Assembly (NCBI GenBank): GCA_001643675.2
Contig: LSRY02000001.1
Span: 2,294,001 to 2,358,000 of the forward strand
Direction of reading: 5' to 3'
Length of the DNA: 64,000 bases
Source: Monocercomonoides exilis PA203
Lineage: Eukaryota > Protista > Preaxostyla
In this document: piece after piece, positions 1 to 12,924 of the stretch
Position numbering within the stretch: position 1 is the stretch's first letter
Layout of the letters: each line of letters opens with the position of its first letter
Made by a program: the position numbers and the translations under genes
Notes under the pieces: generated by a model
The model's database searches: none
What the model saw: only the letters and a program-made list of their open reading frames with translations
Told to the model about the DNA's origin: nothing

Positions 1-399
1 ACGCACAATGTGGTATTTGGGATTATCATGGGTGTTTTTCTGAATCCAGCAGGTGAATCGGAAGGATGCACAACCAGCTTTTTGGTGGAATTTGAGAGGC
101 GAAGTGAAGATTCGTGGGTATTAAATATCAATGAAGAAGAATAATTGTTGGTATTATGAAGATGTTGAAGAAGTTCGTAGAAAGGCTGGAGAGTTTGTTT
201 GTTTGACACAGCTAATCGTTGAATATCAACGTTTCTTGGAAGAGATACTTTGAGGTGTGGATTCCTTTTTATGATTGAGTTGGGAGATGACTTCGATATT
301 AAAACTTCTTTTTTTTCTTCTTCAAATAAATTTTTTTGTCTATCAGAAATTACATATTCCAACTAAAAAAAAAATTATATCGTTTTATTTATTTATATA

Positions 400-1133
400 C
401 ACCAAAAATAATTCTTATTCAAAAAAATAATTCATTTTCGTAAAGGAATAAATCGATTTCGAAAATAAATATTTAAATTTCAAAATGAAAAATTTTTCGA
501 TTTGTGGAATGAATAACTTTTGTTTGGTGTTTTTTATTCTCTTAATTTTTGTTTCATCATTTCACTTTGTCTATCAATATTAAAATAATGCATTTTCAAT
601 TAAAGAATTCATTTATTTTGTATTCATATTTCTTTTATAGAAGTTTTTCAAAAAAAAAATGAATTCATTTTTGTATTAAAAATTGATGTTTTTCTATTTT
701 TTCACCAACGAAACTTCTAAAATTTGTTGGTGAAAAAATACTTGTTTTTTGTTATTCAAGAAAATGTGATTTATGATTTATTATTTTTAATTGGTTATTC
801 AATCGAAAGAATTTTTTGAATTTTTATTATCTTTTGAGTGATGATTATCGAAAATGAAAAAAATATTCAAAAAATTGATTTATTGATTGTTTCATTTTTA
901 AAAACAGTTTTCTTTGAGTAATAATATTTGATTGGTTAAAAAATTACTTGAACTTTTCTGAAATCCATTCTCGAGATAAATTAAAATTCTCAGTTATAAA
1001 TGAATTTCGAAATTGAAATATTCATTTTCGAAATTGGTTTATTCTTTTTCGATTTTGAATATTTCTTTTTCGAAATTGAAATATTAATTGCAAAATTGAA
1101 TTATTTTTTTTCGAGATTGAATTATTTTTTGTG
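400..1133. mobile_element. Putative non-autonomous TIR element with CAC...GTG ends, TA flanks and ~21-bp subterminal tandem repeats (EnSpm/CACTA-like or foldback-like)
   Basis: Left end TA|CACCAAAAATAATTC (400) mirrors right end GAATTATTTTTTGTG|TA (1133). Arrays of TTTTCGAAATTGAAATATT-like units at ~1004-1130 are mirrored in degenerate form at ~404-500. Confidence 0.5.
695..740. repeat. Perfect 15-bp hairpin with 16-nt loop
   Basis: TATTTTTTCACCAAC (695-709) / GTTGGTGAAAAAATA (726-740). Confidence 0.8.
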
Positions 1134-2384
1134 TATTAGTTTATTTTTATATTTTTATATATTTGTATATTTTTTATTTTTTTTTTTTCAGAAGTCATCC
1201 AAATATTATTTTGAACATGACAAAAACGTGGATATAAAATATTCATCTGAAAGTTATACTCCAAAAATAATACATTGTCGAAAAAATTGTTGACGAAAAA
1301 GAAAAACTTTCAAACGACATCGAAAATTTTTTTGAAAAATATATGTTATATAATGAGTATTCAATTGAAAATAAACACAATTCTTCTGTTTCTGTGAAAG
1401 AAACAAACATTGCTAATTTCAGAGTTTTTTATTGGTTAGTAATCTTCAGAATTTGAAAAAAAAACAAAAACACATTCTCTTAACATGATATAAATAATTT
1501 GATTTATTCTCAAAGAAATGATGTCTTTATAATTTGAAAAGAAAAAATCAAAAAGAGAGATCTGCAATAATCATTCTTCATTTGATTTGTGTAAAGCAAA
1601 ACTCTTCTGTTTCTAATTTATTGAAGAACAGAACGCTTTCAATTGAGATAAAAAAAAATATTACCAGAATTCATTTCATCTATAAATTGTGCAATAGTTC
1701 AAAAAAAGTACCAAAAAATATCGAAAGATGACACATGATTGAAATTACAAATATCATAGACATTTCAACTTAAATGTTTTTTAAGTTCAATTGATTTTTG
1801 TCAACTTTTTTTTCATTTGAAGTTTAAAGGATTTTCGACTTTGAACAAAAGTTTTTGGATTAAATAAAATTCATGGTGTAACTAAGTTATTCGAAAAATG
1901 AGTTGATACTAAATGGCGTTTTTATGCATATAAAATAACGTTAATTTTTTTTCGTGAAATTTTTGACATTAAATGTTCGATTTCAAAAAAAACAATCCAG
2001 ATGAAAGAAATTACAAATTTCAATTTATTTCTAAAGGATAATAATTTTTGCTACAGAATAATTGTGTGGAAAATTTTCTTAAAGTGAAATTACTTATTTT
2101 TCACTTATTTGAAGATTTTGAAAAAGTCACGCTTGTTTTATTTTTTTCTAAGAATGAAACACATGTGTTGACAAATTTAAGACAACAACATTTTAAATAT
2201 GTTTGAATACAATTTTTTTATTTCAATTTGTTAGACAAAAATGTGAATTGCACTAAAAAATATTTGGATGATTTTTCAGAATTATTTCTGAAAAAAAAAA
2301 AGAGTTAAAAAAAAAATAAATTTTACATTTGTTGTATAAAGTTTAAAAGAAAAAATTCCAGGGATTGAAAACAAATTAACTCAA

Positions 2385-3026
2385 TTATTTTGTACCATTT
2401 TCTCTCAGTAGTTTTTTTTTTTTTTTTTCTTCATATTGTTGATCAGAAGATATTTTGGAAGAAGAAAGAAGAAGATTCAATCCGCGAATTACATCTCCTC
2501 CTGTTATTGTCAAACAGAACTTTTCATCTCTTTTTTTTTGTTGAACTCTCCCACAATGAACACATTTGCTTTTAGTCAAACTTGGAATGAAAAATTGATT
2601 GTAGATTACATTATTTCCGTTCGAAAGAAAGGTGATCAGAGTTTAAAAAACGTCTGAAAATACTTTCACCTCATTCTTTCGTTTAAGATAAATGTCATGA
2701 AAGTTATTGATTAGTTGTCCTTTCCAAATTGAATCAATATCCTCCTCTATTCTTAGTCGATAAAACAATGAGAAAATAGCATTTTGCATCCGATTTATTT
2801 TTGTCGCCCCCACTTTCGTCACATTCAAACAAGAAAGGCATTGACATATGGCAGAAAAACAACAAACATTTCCTCCATTTTCCAATCCTCTCTTCGAACG
2901 AATAACAAGTTTGACATTTGTTCTTGATAATTCAATATCATCACCTTCAGCGTCGAATAATTGAGATTGTTGTGGAGTGTTTAAGATGGAAGATATGTTT
3001 TTTAAAATTATACATTTTTTCTGCAT
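2385..3026 (-). pseudogene. Ubiquitin-specific protease (peptidase C19)-like fragment
   Basis: RGLENGGNVCCFSAICQCL resembles the USP Cys box (GLxNxGNxCxxNSxLQxL). The frame continues through one TAA (2643-2645) into TLITFLSNGNNVIYNQFFIPSLTKSKCVHCG...FCLTI, a fingers-like CxxC region. No His box seen. Confidence 0.6.
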
Positions 3027-3546
3027 TCAAATAAGAATTTATCTCTGAAACAGAAATTTTTCAGTGCATTGACAAATATTTGAGAAGAATCAGAAGAAGT
3101 TTATGATCGCAAAGATTCTGATTGTGCAGTGATTGATGCATTTAAAGATTGAATATGAATAATATTTGATGCAACTGAAGTAAAAATATCTGAATTCACA
3201 AATTCAGTACTTACGGTGGATTGTTTGATTTTATCTGATGAAGTTATCTGAAATAATAAATATGTATGAGTAAATAAAGTTGGTTGAAAAAATAAACATG
3301 AATTTGCATATGAAAAAGGTTGAGATATTGGAGTGATTTGAGAAGAAGAATTTGATAGATTTGTTAATTTTTTTAAATTGAATAGATTTGAAAATGTTGA
3401 GTAATTCATGTAACTGTTATGTTTGAATGATTGAATTTTAATAAAATATATTAATTGATATCTATTGTTATTTTTTTTCCAAAATATAAAAAAAGATATA
3501 TACTCAGATTTGCTTTTAACTTTTGTTCTGTTTGTATTTACTAAAT

Positions 3547-3815
3547 GGGACAAAATATATAACTTCAGGCATTTTCATTGAAAAATTATGCACTTTTCAT
3601 TGACTTTTTGAGACAATAAAACACAATGAAAATGGGTCCATTTTTTGACAATAGCGAAATGCAGGAAAAACATTTTGTAATTATTTCCATGATGTTTGTT
3701 TGCAGATATGAAAATCAAATTTATTTTGAAATCTGATTAAGTTTAAAAATGTTATAAGTGAAACAATTTTTTCAAACGTTGTGCATAAAAAGCTTGAAAG
3801 TCCATATTTTCCCCC
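3547..3815 (-). mobile_element. MITE family B copy
   Basis: Reverse copy of GGGGAAAATAxGGACTTTCAAGCTT...ATGCCTGAAG...CCC. Flanks AAAT/ACAT. Confidence 0.8.
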
Positions 3816-3924
3816 ACATGTTCACGAAGAAAATAAAAAAAGAACATATAAAAATTTCCATATATCAACAAAAAATAAATAATCAGAAAAATCAATAATG
3901 TTGCAAACAAAAATGAAATTCTTC

Positions 3925-4362
3925 AAAAAACCAATAAAAAATAAATATTTAAGAAAATATGTCAAATTGAAAATCTCGATCACAAAAGTGGTCACTAATT
4001 TTTCTTCAGATTTTGCAACAAACATACATAAAAATATGTGGGGAAGCGGTTTGTGTGGAAATCTGAGAAAAAATTAGTGACCACTTTTGTGATATCCAGT
4101 CATTTGGAAAAACACTTTTATTAAGGTTCTCATCAGATTTGATCCGTTGAACGATCGGAACTATTATAAAACAGAAAATTAGAATGACTGGCGATCACAA
4201 AAGTGGTCACTAATTTTTTCTCAGATTTCCACACAAACCGCTTCCCCACATATTTTTATGTATGTTTGTTGCAAAATCTGAAGAAAAATTAGTGACCACT
4301 TTTGTGATCGAGATTCTCAATTTGACAAATTTTCATGAAATGTTAATTTTTTGTTGGTTTTT
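3925..4362. repeat. Nested inverted repeat (palindrome of palindromes)
   Basis: Arms ~3961-4104 and 4183-4326 are near-identical, with similarity decaying outward to ~3925/4362 and a 78-bp spacer. Each arm holds a 115-bp unit (3979-4093, 4194-4308) bounded by inverted ATCACAAAAGTGGTCACTAATTTTT, giving 4 copies in total. Confidence 0.95.
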
Positions 4363-4527
4363 GTATTTAATTGCGTAAGAAAAATATTTGTGTGTATATT
4401 TTATATTATTTTTTATGATTAAAGAACAATGCATTTTTTGAAATGAAAAACCATATTTACATTATTTTTTTCCATTGAATAAAGTCAAGAAAAATTTTAA
4501 ACTAATAAAAAAATTTCCATTTGAAGA

Positions 4528-5330
4528 TGTGTCAGCCAACGAATGGAATATCAATGAAAATGAAAAAATATACAATCCACATTCAGAAATTTGTCTGTAA
4601 GCGATTTTTTTTATGAGTATTTTTTTGTGATTCAACTCGTTAACGTCAAATGCTTGCTGTTCATTTCGTATGCAGCACAGGGCACGTATAGCAATCTGTT
4701 CTATACATTGAACATAAACTCTGAAGCGAATATTAATCGAATATTAGTGGATGAAAAGCGAAAGACGAACGAGACACTTTTTCGGATGCAAGCCCCACTG
4801 TGTAATTCTCTCGCAAGTTCCACTTTCCGCACAGCCTGTACAAATACAATGGGAGAGAGTGTGGCAGCTTTATGGGGTCATATTTTGGATGTTTCACATG
4901 GCTGATTCAAATTAATGTAGTGGAAGCAGTGGAGAAAGGGGAGGCAATGGTTACACCAAGGGCTCAACATGACAACTTTGGACATGTTCAAATTGACATC
5001 GTGTGTGGCAGATGCGCTGGAGAAGGAGAAGATCATCCGGCCGAATGAGATTGTGATTGTGGAGCAGACGCAGTGCATGTCACTTGAAGAGGAAGTATTT
5101 GTAGAAGCGAAGCTTGATGCGCCCAGAACAGCAAACTTTGTGGACCAGCAAGTGAATACAGCTATTTTCGGTAAATTTTAGTTTTTATTATTCAAGATTG
5201 CCTGGATTCTCGAAGGAGAGGGAGGTCAGGAAAGCAGAAAAGAAGAAGGCAAAATATTTTGAGCTCGATTAAAGAAAAGAAAAAAATTTAAAACAGATCG
5301 ACTTATGCAATGGTAAAGATTTGAAGCAAT
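4528..5330 (+). pseudogene. Degraded intron-containing gene of unknown function
   Basis: GC-richer coding-like segments (ORFs 4591-4905, 4969-5181) broken by stops, with GTAAG/GTAAAT...AG intron-like gaps. Confidence 0.3.
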
Positions 5331-5395
5331 ATGGTATGTTTAAATTTTCTTTTAATCATAACAAATAATTATTATTAGTTTATTGTCTAATATAT

Positions 5396-5445
5396 GGGCG
5401 ATTATTTTTGGAGTCATACTTTTTTTCGGGGTTGAATTTAAGAAC
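5396..5445 (+). mobile_element. Truncated MITE family A end
   Basis: ATAT|GGGCGATTATTTTTGGAGTCATACTTTTTTTCGGGGTTGA matches a family A terminus. The other end was not found. Confidence 0.5.
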
Positions 5446-7337
5446 ATTTTTAAACTGTTAAAAATTGAAGAATTGCAATCAGAAGAATTTAATTTTATGA
5501 ACGATGAATATGAATGTGAATTTTGATGAAAAACAAATGTTTTTTGATTCGTTTTTTATAGATAACCATTATTAATAACATTCTTTATTATTATTTGCTT
5601 TTTCAGGTAAAAGCCAACATCTACGAGAAGACCTGTTTGGAATTAAAGTTTATTAACTTCAATCAAGAGCTTTTGTTATCTGTTTGTTTAATAAGAATTT
5701 TTAATTATTAATAATTTGTCAATTGTTTTTAATGTGATAAATATGTTATCATATACGCAAAACAAAACATAATCTTAGTTCATTTCAAATATATTTCTAA
5801 TGCTATTTTCTATTATGTTGAAACTTGCTTGAAAAACAGCCTCATTAACAAGAAATCGTTCTTTCCTCAACTTTATCATATTATTTTTGTTGGGATGAAG
5901 ATTTATTCAATTCGTTATATTTTTCTTTTGCTTTTTTTTCTTTTCTCAATAACTGATAATTCAATTCACTGAAGAAATTATTCTTTATCCATAAAAAAGG
6001 TTCAATAATTTTTATTTCAACAATAATTATCTATCAGAATTTCATCGTTAAAGAATACAATTGAAACAGGTAAAAATTGCAAACGTGAATTGTTTTTGAA
6101 GTTAATTTGAATCTTTTTTTTTCACAAAAAGATGCGTTCTGAAACGAATTTGTTGTATCAACCGAAATAATAAGGTTCTTCAGATTACGTTCATTTTTCT
6201 TTTTCATTAATATCTTTCTTTTATTTTTCTTCCATTTCTTTTCCTCATTGCATTCTTTGGCCTTCTCATCTTTCTCATCTTTCTCATCTGTCTTATCTTT
6301 ATCCTCTTTTTCTCTTCCTCTGCCTTTTCTGCTTTTGCTTTCTTTCTGTTCTCAGCAGCTATGCAAAATGAAATCGACACACTTCCAAAAGCATCAATAA
6401 CTGAGATATTTCGTGCACAATTACTCTCAATACATTACAAACCTCCTTTGTTTTTCTTCATTTCTTTCACCTGTCTCTTTCCAAGCCCTTCTTTTATCGT
6501 GTTTGCGCATTATCTCTGAAGGAGGCAGTTTTTTCTGCATGTTCAGCTTTGATTGGAACGTGAATGTGGAACGGTTGCAAAAGACAAAAAAGAGTATGTT
6601 GAAGTTCTGATAATTCTGAAGCATAGGAGGAATTTGAAGAGGCTGCATTGGATCGTGCATGGCAGGGAGGTTGAAGCGATATTGTTCGACGAGTTCTGGT
6701 TGAACTGTGGGGATAATATGAACAGGGATGAGACTTGATAATTGCAAGTGCAGAGAGGGAAAAGGAAGAAATGCAGGAGTTTGAACAAAAATGAAACACA
6801 AATTGAATGCAATTCACAGATATAAAAGTGCTATCATGAAAGCAAAAAATGAGGAAATAGAAAAAGAAACTTTGATAACTCAGTTTTCATTTCTAAAATT
6901 GAAAAGAGAGGAAATCGATAACAGTTCAAAAATAAACGTTTCTTAAATCAATCACACATATTTCACATTTCTGTTTTAACGCCTTGCCACTTCTCCTCTC
7001 AAACGCAGCAATGAATAGAAATACACAGAGACAGCAAATTCAATCAACTTGTCCGCTAACTTTAAAAGATGCTTGCACATTTGTTTCTTCAAATCTGAAG
7101 CATCATTAAATGAAGTATAATTTATAGATAAAGGAGGAGATGACGATTCTGGAAACGCAGAAGATGCATGGCTGTGTGGATAGCTATCAAACAATGGAAG
7201 CTCCGGGTTTTTCTTAAACATTCTGCTCTTCGATTTTTGCTTCATTATAATCCTTTCTTTTTCTTCGATGATTATCCTCCTTTTTGATTTTTGCCTCGAT
7301 TAATCTGTCGTCCTCCAGCTTTTTTTATTTTCTATAT

Positions 7338-7488
7338 GTCTAAATTTTTTTGAAAAGTTCCTCGACTTTTATTTTGTCCCACAAAAGATCAAAAATGATC
7401 AATATATTTTGATCATTCCGTTCCCATTTATGTTTGATAAATGTGATTTGTTGTCATTTATTTAGCTTTTTAATAAAAAATAAGATAC
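7338..7488 (+). mobile_element. Degenerate MITE family C copy
   Basis: ATAT|GTCTAAATTTTTTTGAAAAGTTCC matches the 24313 TIR. Degenerate right end ...GATAC|ATAT. Confidence 0.45.
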
Positions 7489-8249
7489 ATATTTGTTGAT
7501 ATCATATGCATTTTTAACTTTATATTGTAATACAAACAAGTGAGCGATTGCTTTTAAGCTATTTGAATCAAATGAATTGCAAATTCTTATTTCTTCATTT
7601 TCATTTCATATATTAGAATATTCATTCTGAATTTATGGATATTAACTTGGTTTTTTGTTATTTTCCTTTGTAAAAGACAAAAAAAGTTTAATTTACTTGA
7701 ATAATAGAATTTTTTATTAGAAAATTTCAAACATGAAAAATACATCAAATCTACATTCGAAACAATCTAAAGCTATTCGAAAAGATGTAAACATTGAGCA
7801 ATAATAAATGTTATCATTATGAAATACAGCACGAAATGTTAATTTTCAAAATAAATCTTTATTTATTACAAACTCAAAAATACAATCTCTTCTCATATAA
7901 AGATTCATAAAGTTTGAATCAAACAACTTGTTTTCTTCTCATTTTCATTTCGTCTCCATCCGTCGTTAAGACATATTCCGCTTCATTCTTTTCAAATAAC
8001 ACGAAAAAAGCAGATTTTCTTTGCAGGTATCCCATTCTGATAAGAATGTGGATGTTGTATTTAAATAGCCTGTGGTTCTTTTGGCTGATGCGTTTGGAGA
8101 TGTCTCATTAAATTTCTTGTGGCAGTGGCAGCGCATCAGTCGTCACTTCTCTCAGAGTTTTCATCTTCTTCGTCTTCTTCTAATGCAGTACGCCGATCAA
8201 CTTCTCCATTCCGGAGGTGGAGAAGCGAAGAGAAGAAATCTTCAGAGAA

Positions 8250-11200
8250 TAAGTAGCCATCATTATCGATGATTGTGATTGACTTTTCTGATGCGTCGGC
8301 GGTGGCAGCATTATTCACATCAGCAGCAGAAATGGACAACGTCGAGTGGCGGCTGCGGATTATTGTATCTGAGGCAGCTGGGGTGTATGCGCGGGACATG
8401 CTGCTATTGCTGCTGCTGCTGCTGTCAACGCGGGTGCTGCAGACGCTGCGGGATATGTTGTGGTGCGTCGAGCGGTGCTGTATGGGGTTGCACTGTGTGC
8501 CTACGATATGATGCTTTTGGCAATGCTTTCTGTTCCGCTGGTGGAACCGCTTCCGTAACATGCAATTTCAGTGGGAAAAAAGTCGGGGATAAAGCGGATC
8601 TTTGCAGCGGCAAATGTGAATTCATTCCCGTCGATCTACGATCTGTTTGACCTGTCGCTGCAGATATGGAGATCGCCGCAGTCGAGGCATGTGGTGGTGA
8701 AGCTGGACGACGAAGTGATGGGGCGAGGGGTTGAAGTGTGTGATATGGGAGAGATTGTGGAGAACGGACTGTCGGTGGTGGGGCTGAGGATGAAAGATGT
8801 GGTTCTGTCTTCAGCAGCGATTGCGCTGGCCGTACTGGAGAAGCGCGAAGAAGCAGAGGAAGCAAAAGAAAAAGAAAAAAAGATGGAAAAGAAGTTGGCT
8901 GCGGATAAGATGAATAAAAAGGAAAAACATGAAAAGGTGAAGCAGGAGATAAAGAAGAAGTATTCTGTAGGGAAGGATAAGATCATATCGATGCAGGAGA
9001 GGAAGATTCTGCAGCTGAATGAGAAGTCTAACTCAGAAGTCAGGAGGTGCAGGAGGCGAAGGAGGCGAAGGGACAGTTGGTGGCCACGAAGGAGAAGGTG
9101 GGGCTGATTGGTGTAAGGATTGAGAAGGAGAAGAAAGGCTGTTCTCTTCAAAGCGAAGTGGTGAGTATGGATGGCAAGTGAAAACTGGCTGGTCAGGGGT
9201 TACAATTGATACATCTCCTTCATTAATTTGTGCGTATGGCGGGCAATTCCATCATTGGCTTTGTTGATTCTGCCGTTGGAGCTGCATGAAAAGTGACGGG
9301 AGAAGTTAACAGAGATCAACAAAAATGGAAGTGTTGTGATGCTTGGATTAGATCTGAATGGGAAGGGGGTTGTTGCAAAAGTGGGGAGTGAGGCGAGTGT
9401 TGCGAGAAAAATAAACAGCGGTGATGGAGGCGGTGGTGGAAAAGCAGATGCAACGGTGCAGCAGAAGATGAACAAGATGGAGAAGGAAACGAAGATGCTG
9501 ACTGAGCTGTGGAAAGTGCAGTAGCAGACGTTAAGCGAGCAGAAGGCGCTGTTCAAGGAGGTGATTGAGAAGCGGTACACAGCGCTTGCGCAAAAGAAGC
9601 AGGATTAGAAGAAAATGAAGTAGTCGTATGAAGAGACAGTGCCGCGCCTGGTTGGGTAGGTGAATGAGCTGGAGAAACAGGTTGGGCTTGGGGACTTTGG
9701 AAGTGGCATTAAATGCGGGGCAGAGGAGAAAGATGAGAAGAAGAAGGATGTGGCGAGGAGGAGGAGGAAGAACAAAAGTTGAGTCGGAAAATACGATGAA
9801 GCTGAGGAAGGTGAAAAGGGAGAAGAAATAGATGAGAGCTCGCCGCATGGGTTTCCTCTATCGCAGTGTGAAGATCTAACGAAAGAGTGAAAGGACTGGA
9901 TGCTAGCTGTTGTTCCAAATTGTGAAGAAAAAGGTGTGGGGAAAGCGATAATTGTGCAGCTGCTGTGCATGCTTCTTGAGCAGACAACAGGCAACAGAGA
10001 CCGAGAAGAGTCGGAGCGATCTGTTACGCATTTAGGTGGATCTGGGGCAAGTGGGGTGCTTTGCCGGCGGGGTCGACAGAGATGAAGCGGTTGATGAGCA
10101 CGGTGTCAGGTGTGCTGGGGCAAGTGGCGTACGAAATGGTTAATGTACTTCGGATGTCGCACATATATTAGTCGTCTATTCCGATTCAGCGGAGTCAGCA
10201 ATAGCTAAAGACAGGACTGCGAAAGAAGCTGGCGTGGACGCTGTCAACGATCCAGAGAATATATGGAGAAGATATTAGCAGATTTGAGCGATGGCAGCGC
10301 TGGGTGGGAAGATGGGGTGCTTCCAAGTCAGTTGTTTTGGGGATTTTTTGTGTATGCGGCTGTGGGAGAAGTGCTCGGAGTAATAGAAGAAGGATGTGGT
10401 GCTGTTGAAGATGATCTTCGTGGTGGAACTGTTCCGAAAAAAATTTGCGGAGGTGTGGCTGTTGGGTGGTATGTGCCGGAGGAGTTTCCTGGATGCGAGC
10501 TGCATGACTTCCTGTACTGCAACACGGTGCTGTTTGAAGGTGAGCAGCAGCAGTTGCCGATGAAAGAGAAAGAGGACTTTTTGACTATGTCGTTACGGAT
10601 GTGTCGGATGTGTATCAATATTGTGCTTAAAGGGGAATTGGGGAAGAAGATAAAGTTGTTTCTTGGGGAGTTGGAAGAGATTAAGTCGGATAAGGGGGAG
10701 GCAGATGCGTATGTGTTTCTTGGATTGTAGCTGAACTTCTGAGGAAGAAGCTGCGAGGTTGAAAGAGGCGATGAATGCTCAGTCAGATGCGATATGCAGT
10801 GAAGATCCACTGATTTCATCATCTTCAGCAACATCATCGTCAATGTGTGTGGCTTGTTGAGGCAATGCGAACGATGAAGTGGAGTCTCTTCTGCATGTAC
10901 AATCCGCAGACGCTATTAGCGCTGTCCCTGAGGATCTTCTAAGACACGTGCCGGATGTTTTGATGCTGTCTGCCATATTAAGTGTCGGTGCTGTGGGCAT
11001 ATGAGGACAACGACTTTATCAAGCTGTACCAGCGGCTGCCGGACGTGTGCGATGCTGCTTTCCGACGAGAGCCTCTATCAAAGTCTGAGAACGTTGCGGT
11101 TGTAAAGATTGTGAGCTGTCACTTTGCACCGCGGAAGCAAACACCTGACGAATAGATGCGGGCGCTTTCATTGGTGTAGGCTGGGATGTGGGAAAGGGTT

Positions 11201-11420
11201 GTGCTGAGGTGGAGTGTGGAGAGTGTGCAGCCTGCGGTGGGGAAGAAAGAAGGGCGGCGGGCGCTGTTGTGGATGGTGCGGCTGGTTGTGGAGCTAGTGG
11301 AGCTACAGTTGTGTAGAACGAGGTGGAAAGGGCGATCCGCTTTGGGCTGCCACTGGAGGATGGGCAGCAAGTGACGAAGTTTCACAAGGAGATGGCACAA
11401 CAGAGGGAGGGAGGAGGAGT
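8250..11420 (+). pseudogene. Large decayed gene of unknown family (paralog of 47620-48930)
   Basis: About 3 kb of GC-richer coding-like sequence in broken ORFs. KMNKKEKHEKVKQE and downstream DNA blocks are shared with 47620-48930. Confidence 0.6.
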
Positions 11421-12924
11421 CTAAATCTTGTCATGCATCATATGTATATGCTTTTTCAACACAGCACAAACAGATTTCGAGTGAGATGGTGATGGCAATT
11501 AATAACATGTTGCTGTCATTTGAGTCTGCATTTGGCTTGATCGATCCTTAGATTTCTCCGACCATATTTTCATCGGCAATATTATAATCATCAAATGAGT
11601 CTTTTTATAATTTTTTCCTTTTTTTCTATCTCTTTAATTCTAATTATCTCTATTTTCTTTTGAAATGCACTTTCTTTTTCTTCGACACTTGCTTCAGCTC
11701 TGTCCATTACCCTCTTTCATCTTCCATTTTTTGTTTATTATTGCCTTCGTTTTCTTTTAATGTACTTGTCGAGTGAAACAAACATTTTATAAATCTTAGA
11801 ATGCGTTCTATTCTTTTAACAGATTTCAAATAAAATGTGAGAAATATAGAAGAAGAAGAATCTCTTGACGAAGAAGCAGCAAACGTCGCAGATGAAGGGA
11901 TAGACAAAAAAACGTATTTTGCAGAAGAAGCCTCATAATGTGCTTAAAGCGTGTTTGACGAGAGTCTGATAATCGTCTTGTATATTTTCCCTCAGGTTGT
12001 TCCCTCTGTGGAGTGCGCTTCTGAAAGTTTATCGAAATGTTCGTCTTCTCTTTGATTTTTATTCTGCAATTTTTTTTTTGTGAGATCTTCTTTATATGTA
12101 AGATGTTTAGATGGTTTATCTTCAATGACTTCAGAAGAGTGAGTTAACAAAATCACGTTAAGTGAGATTGAATGACATTTTCTTCAGTGTCTACACTGAA
12201 CACAGCTGATGTTGTGTGCATTGCAGCTTGCAAGAGGGCTTTTCCAGCTTTTGTTAAAGCTTGAGACCATGCTCAAGTTAGTTATCATTTTTTCATTCTT
12301 CATTTTCCACTCCATCCAAGTCATCGCCTCTATCCTCCTAGCTAATTTCGCACACCTCTTTTTATTGTTCCACTTTCGAAAAGTGTGCGCATGTCTCCTT
12401 ATGCAATAATTGAGGAGCTAGTAGTGCAGGGTAGCCAGCAGTAGTTCGAGTGAAAACGACAAGCCCGATGCAATGCCTGAAAGTGAATTGCTTGCGGTTG
12501 CTATGTGGAGTGAATGATATATAAAAGCATGCTGAGCAGCTAATTCAACATCACTCACTCCATTGCTTTCTGCTTCTCGATTGCTTCGACTTTATGCTTC
12601 AATTTGGTAGATGCACATAAAAATGCTCCGAATAAAGACTGAATGCGAGCTGGTTGCAGAGAAATTCGAGGATTATTTTCTCTTCAGTAACTTCTGTTAT
12701 TTCTATACGGTGCGTGACATCTTATTATTATTTCTTTGTGCCTGGATTTTGCTTGAGCTTCTGTACAATTTCATCTTCTGTATTCATTTTTTCTTTTTCT
12801 TCTTCGTTCTCATCTTTTCCAGTTTGAATGTTGCACTCTCCAAAAAAGATAAAGTTGTTGGCAGGATGTCGTTTTCTTTGTTTGACATTGATGATGAAAA
12901 AGAAAAACTGAAAGAGTTGATGGA

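Noticed and set aside
1000-1293. 97-aa Phe/Ile-rich ORF
   Set aside because: Translation of a 21-bp AT-rich tandem array.
2643-2645. In-frame TAA/TAG codons (2643, 30541, 31559, 53259) and TGA at the end of all intact genes suggested TAR=Gln recoding, as in some oxymonads
   Set aside because: The 2594-codon gene and the intact family genes contain no in-frame TAR. TAG 31559 aligns with Leu in paralogs, and the relics also have TGA stops and frameshifts.
3979-4308. Four 25-bp repeats resembling a CRISPR array
   Set aside because: Alternating orientation, duplicated rather than unique spacers, no cas genes, eukaryotic context.
6200-7250. Pro/Gln- and Lys-rich minus-strand ORF fragments
   Set aside because: Possibly a gene relic, but no motif or consistent exon model could be supported.
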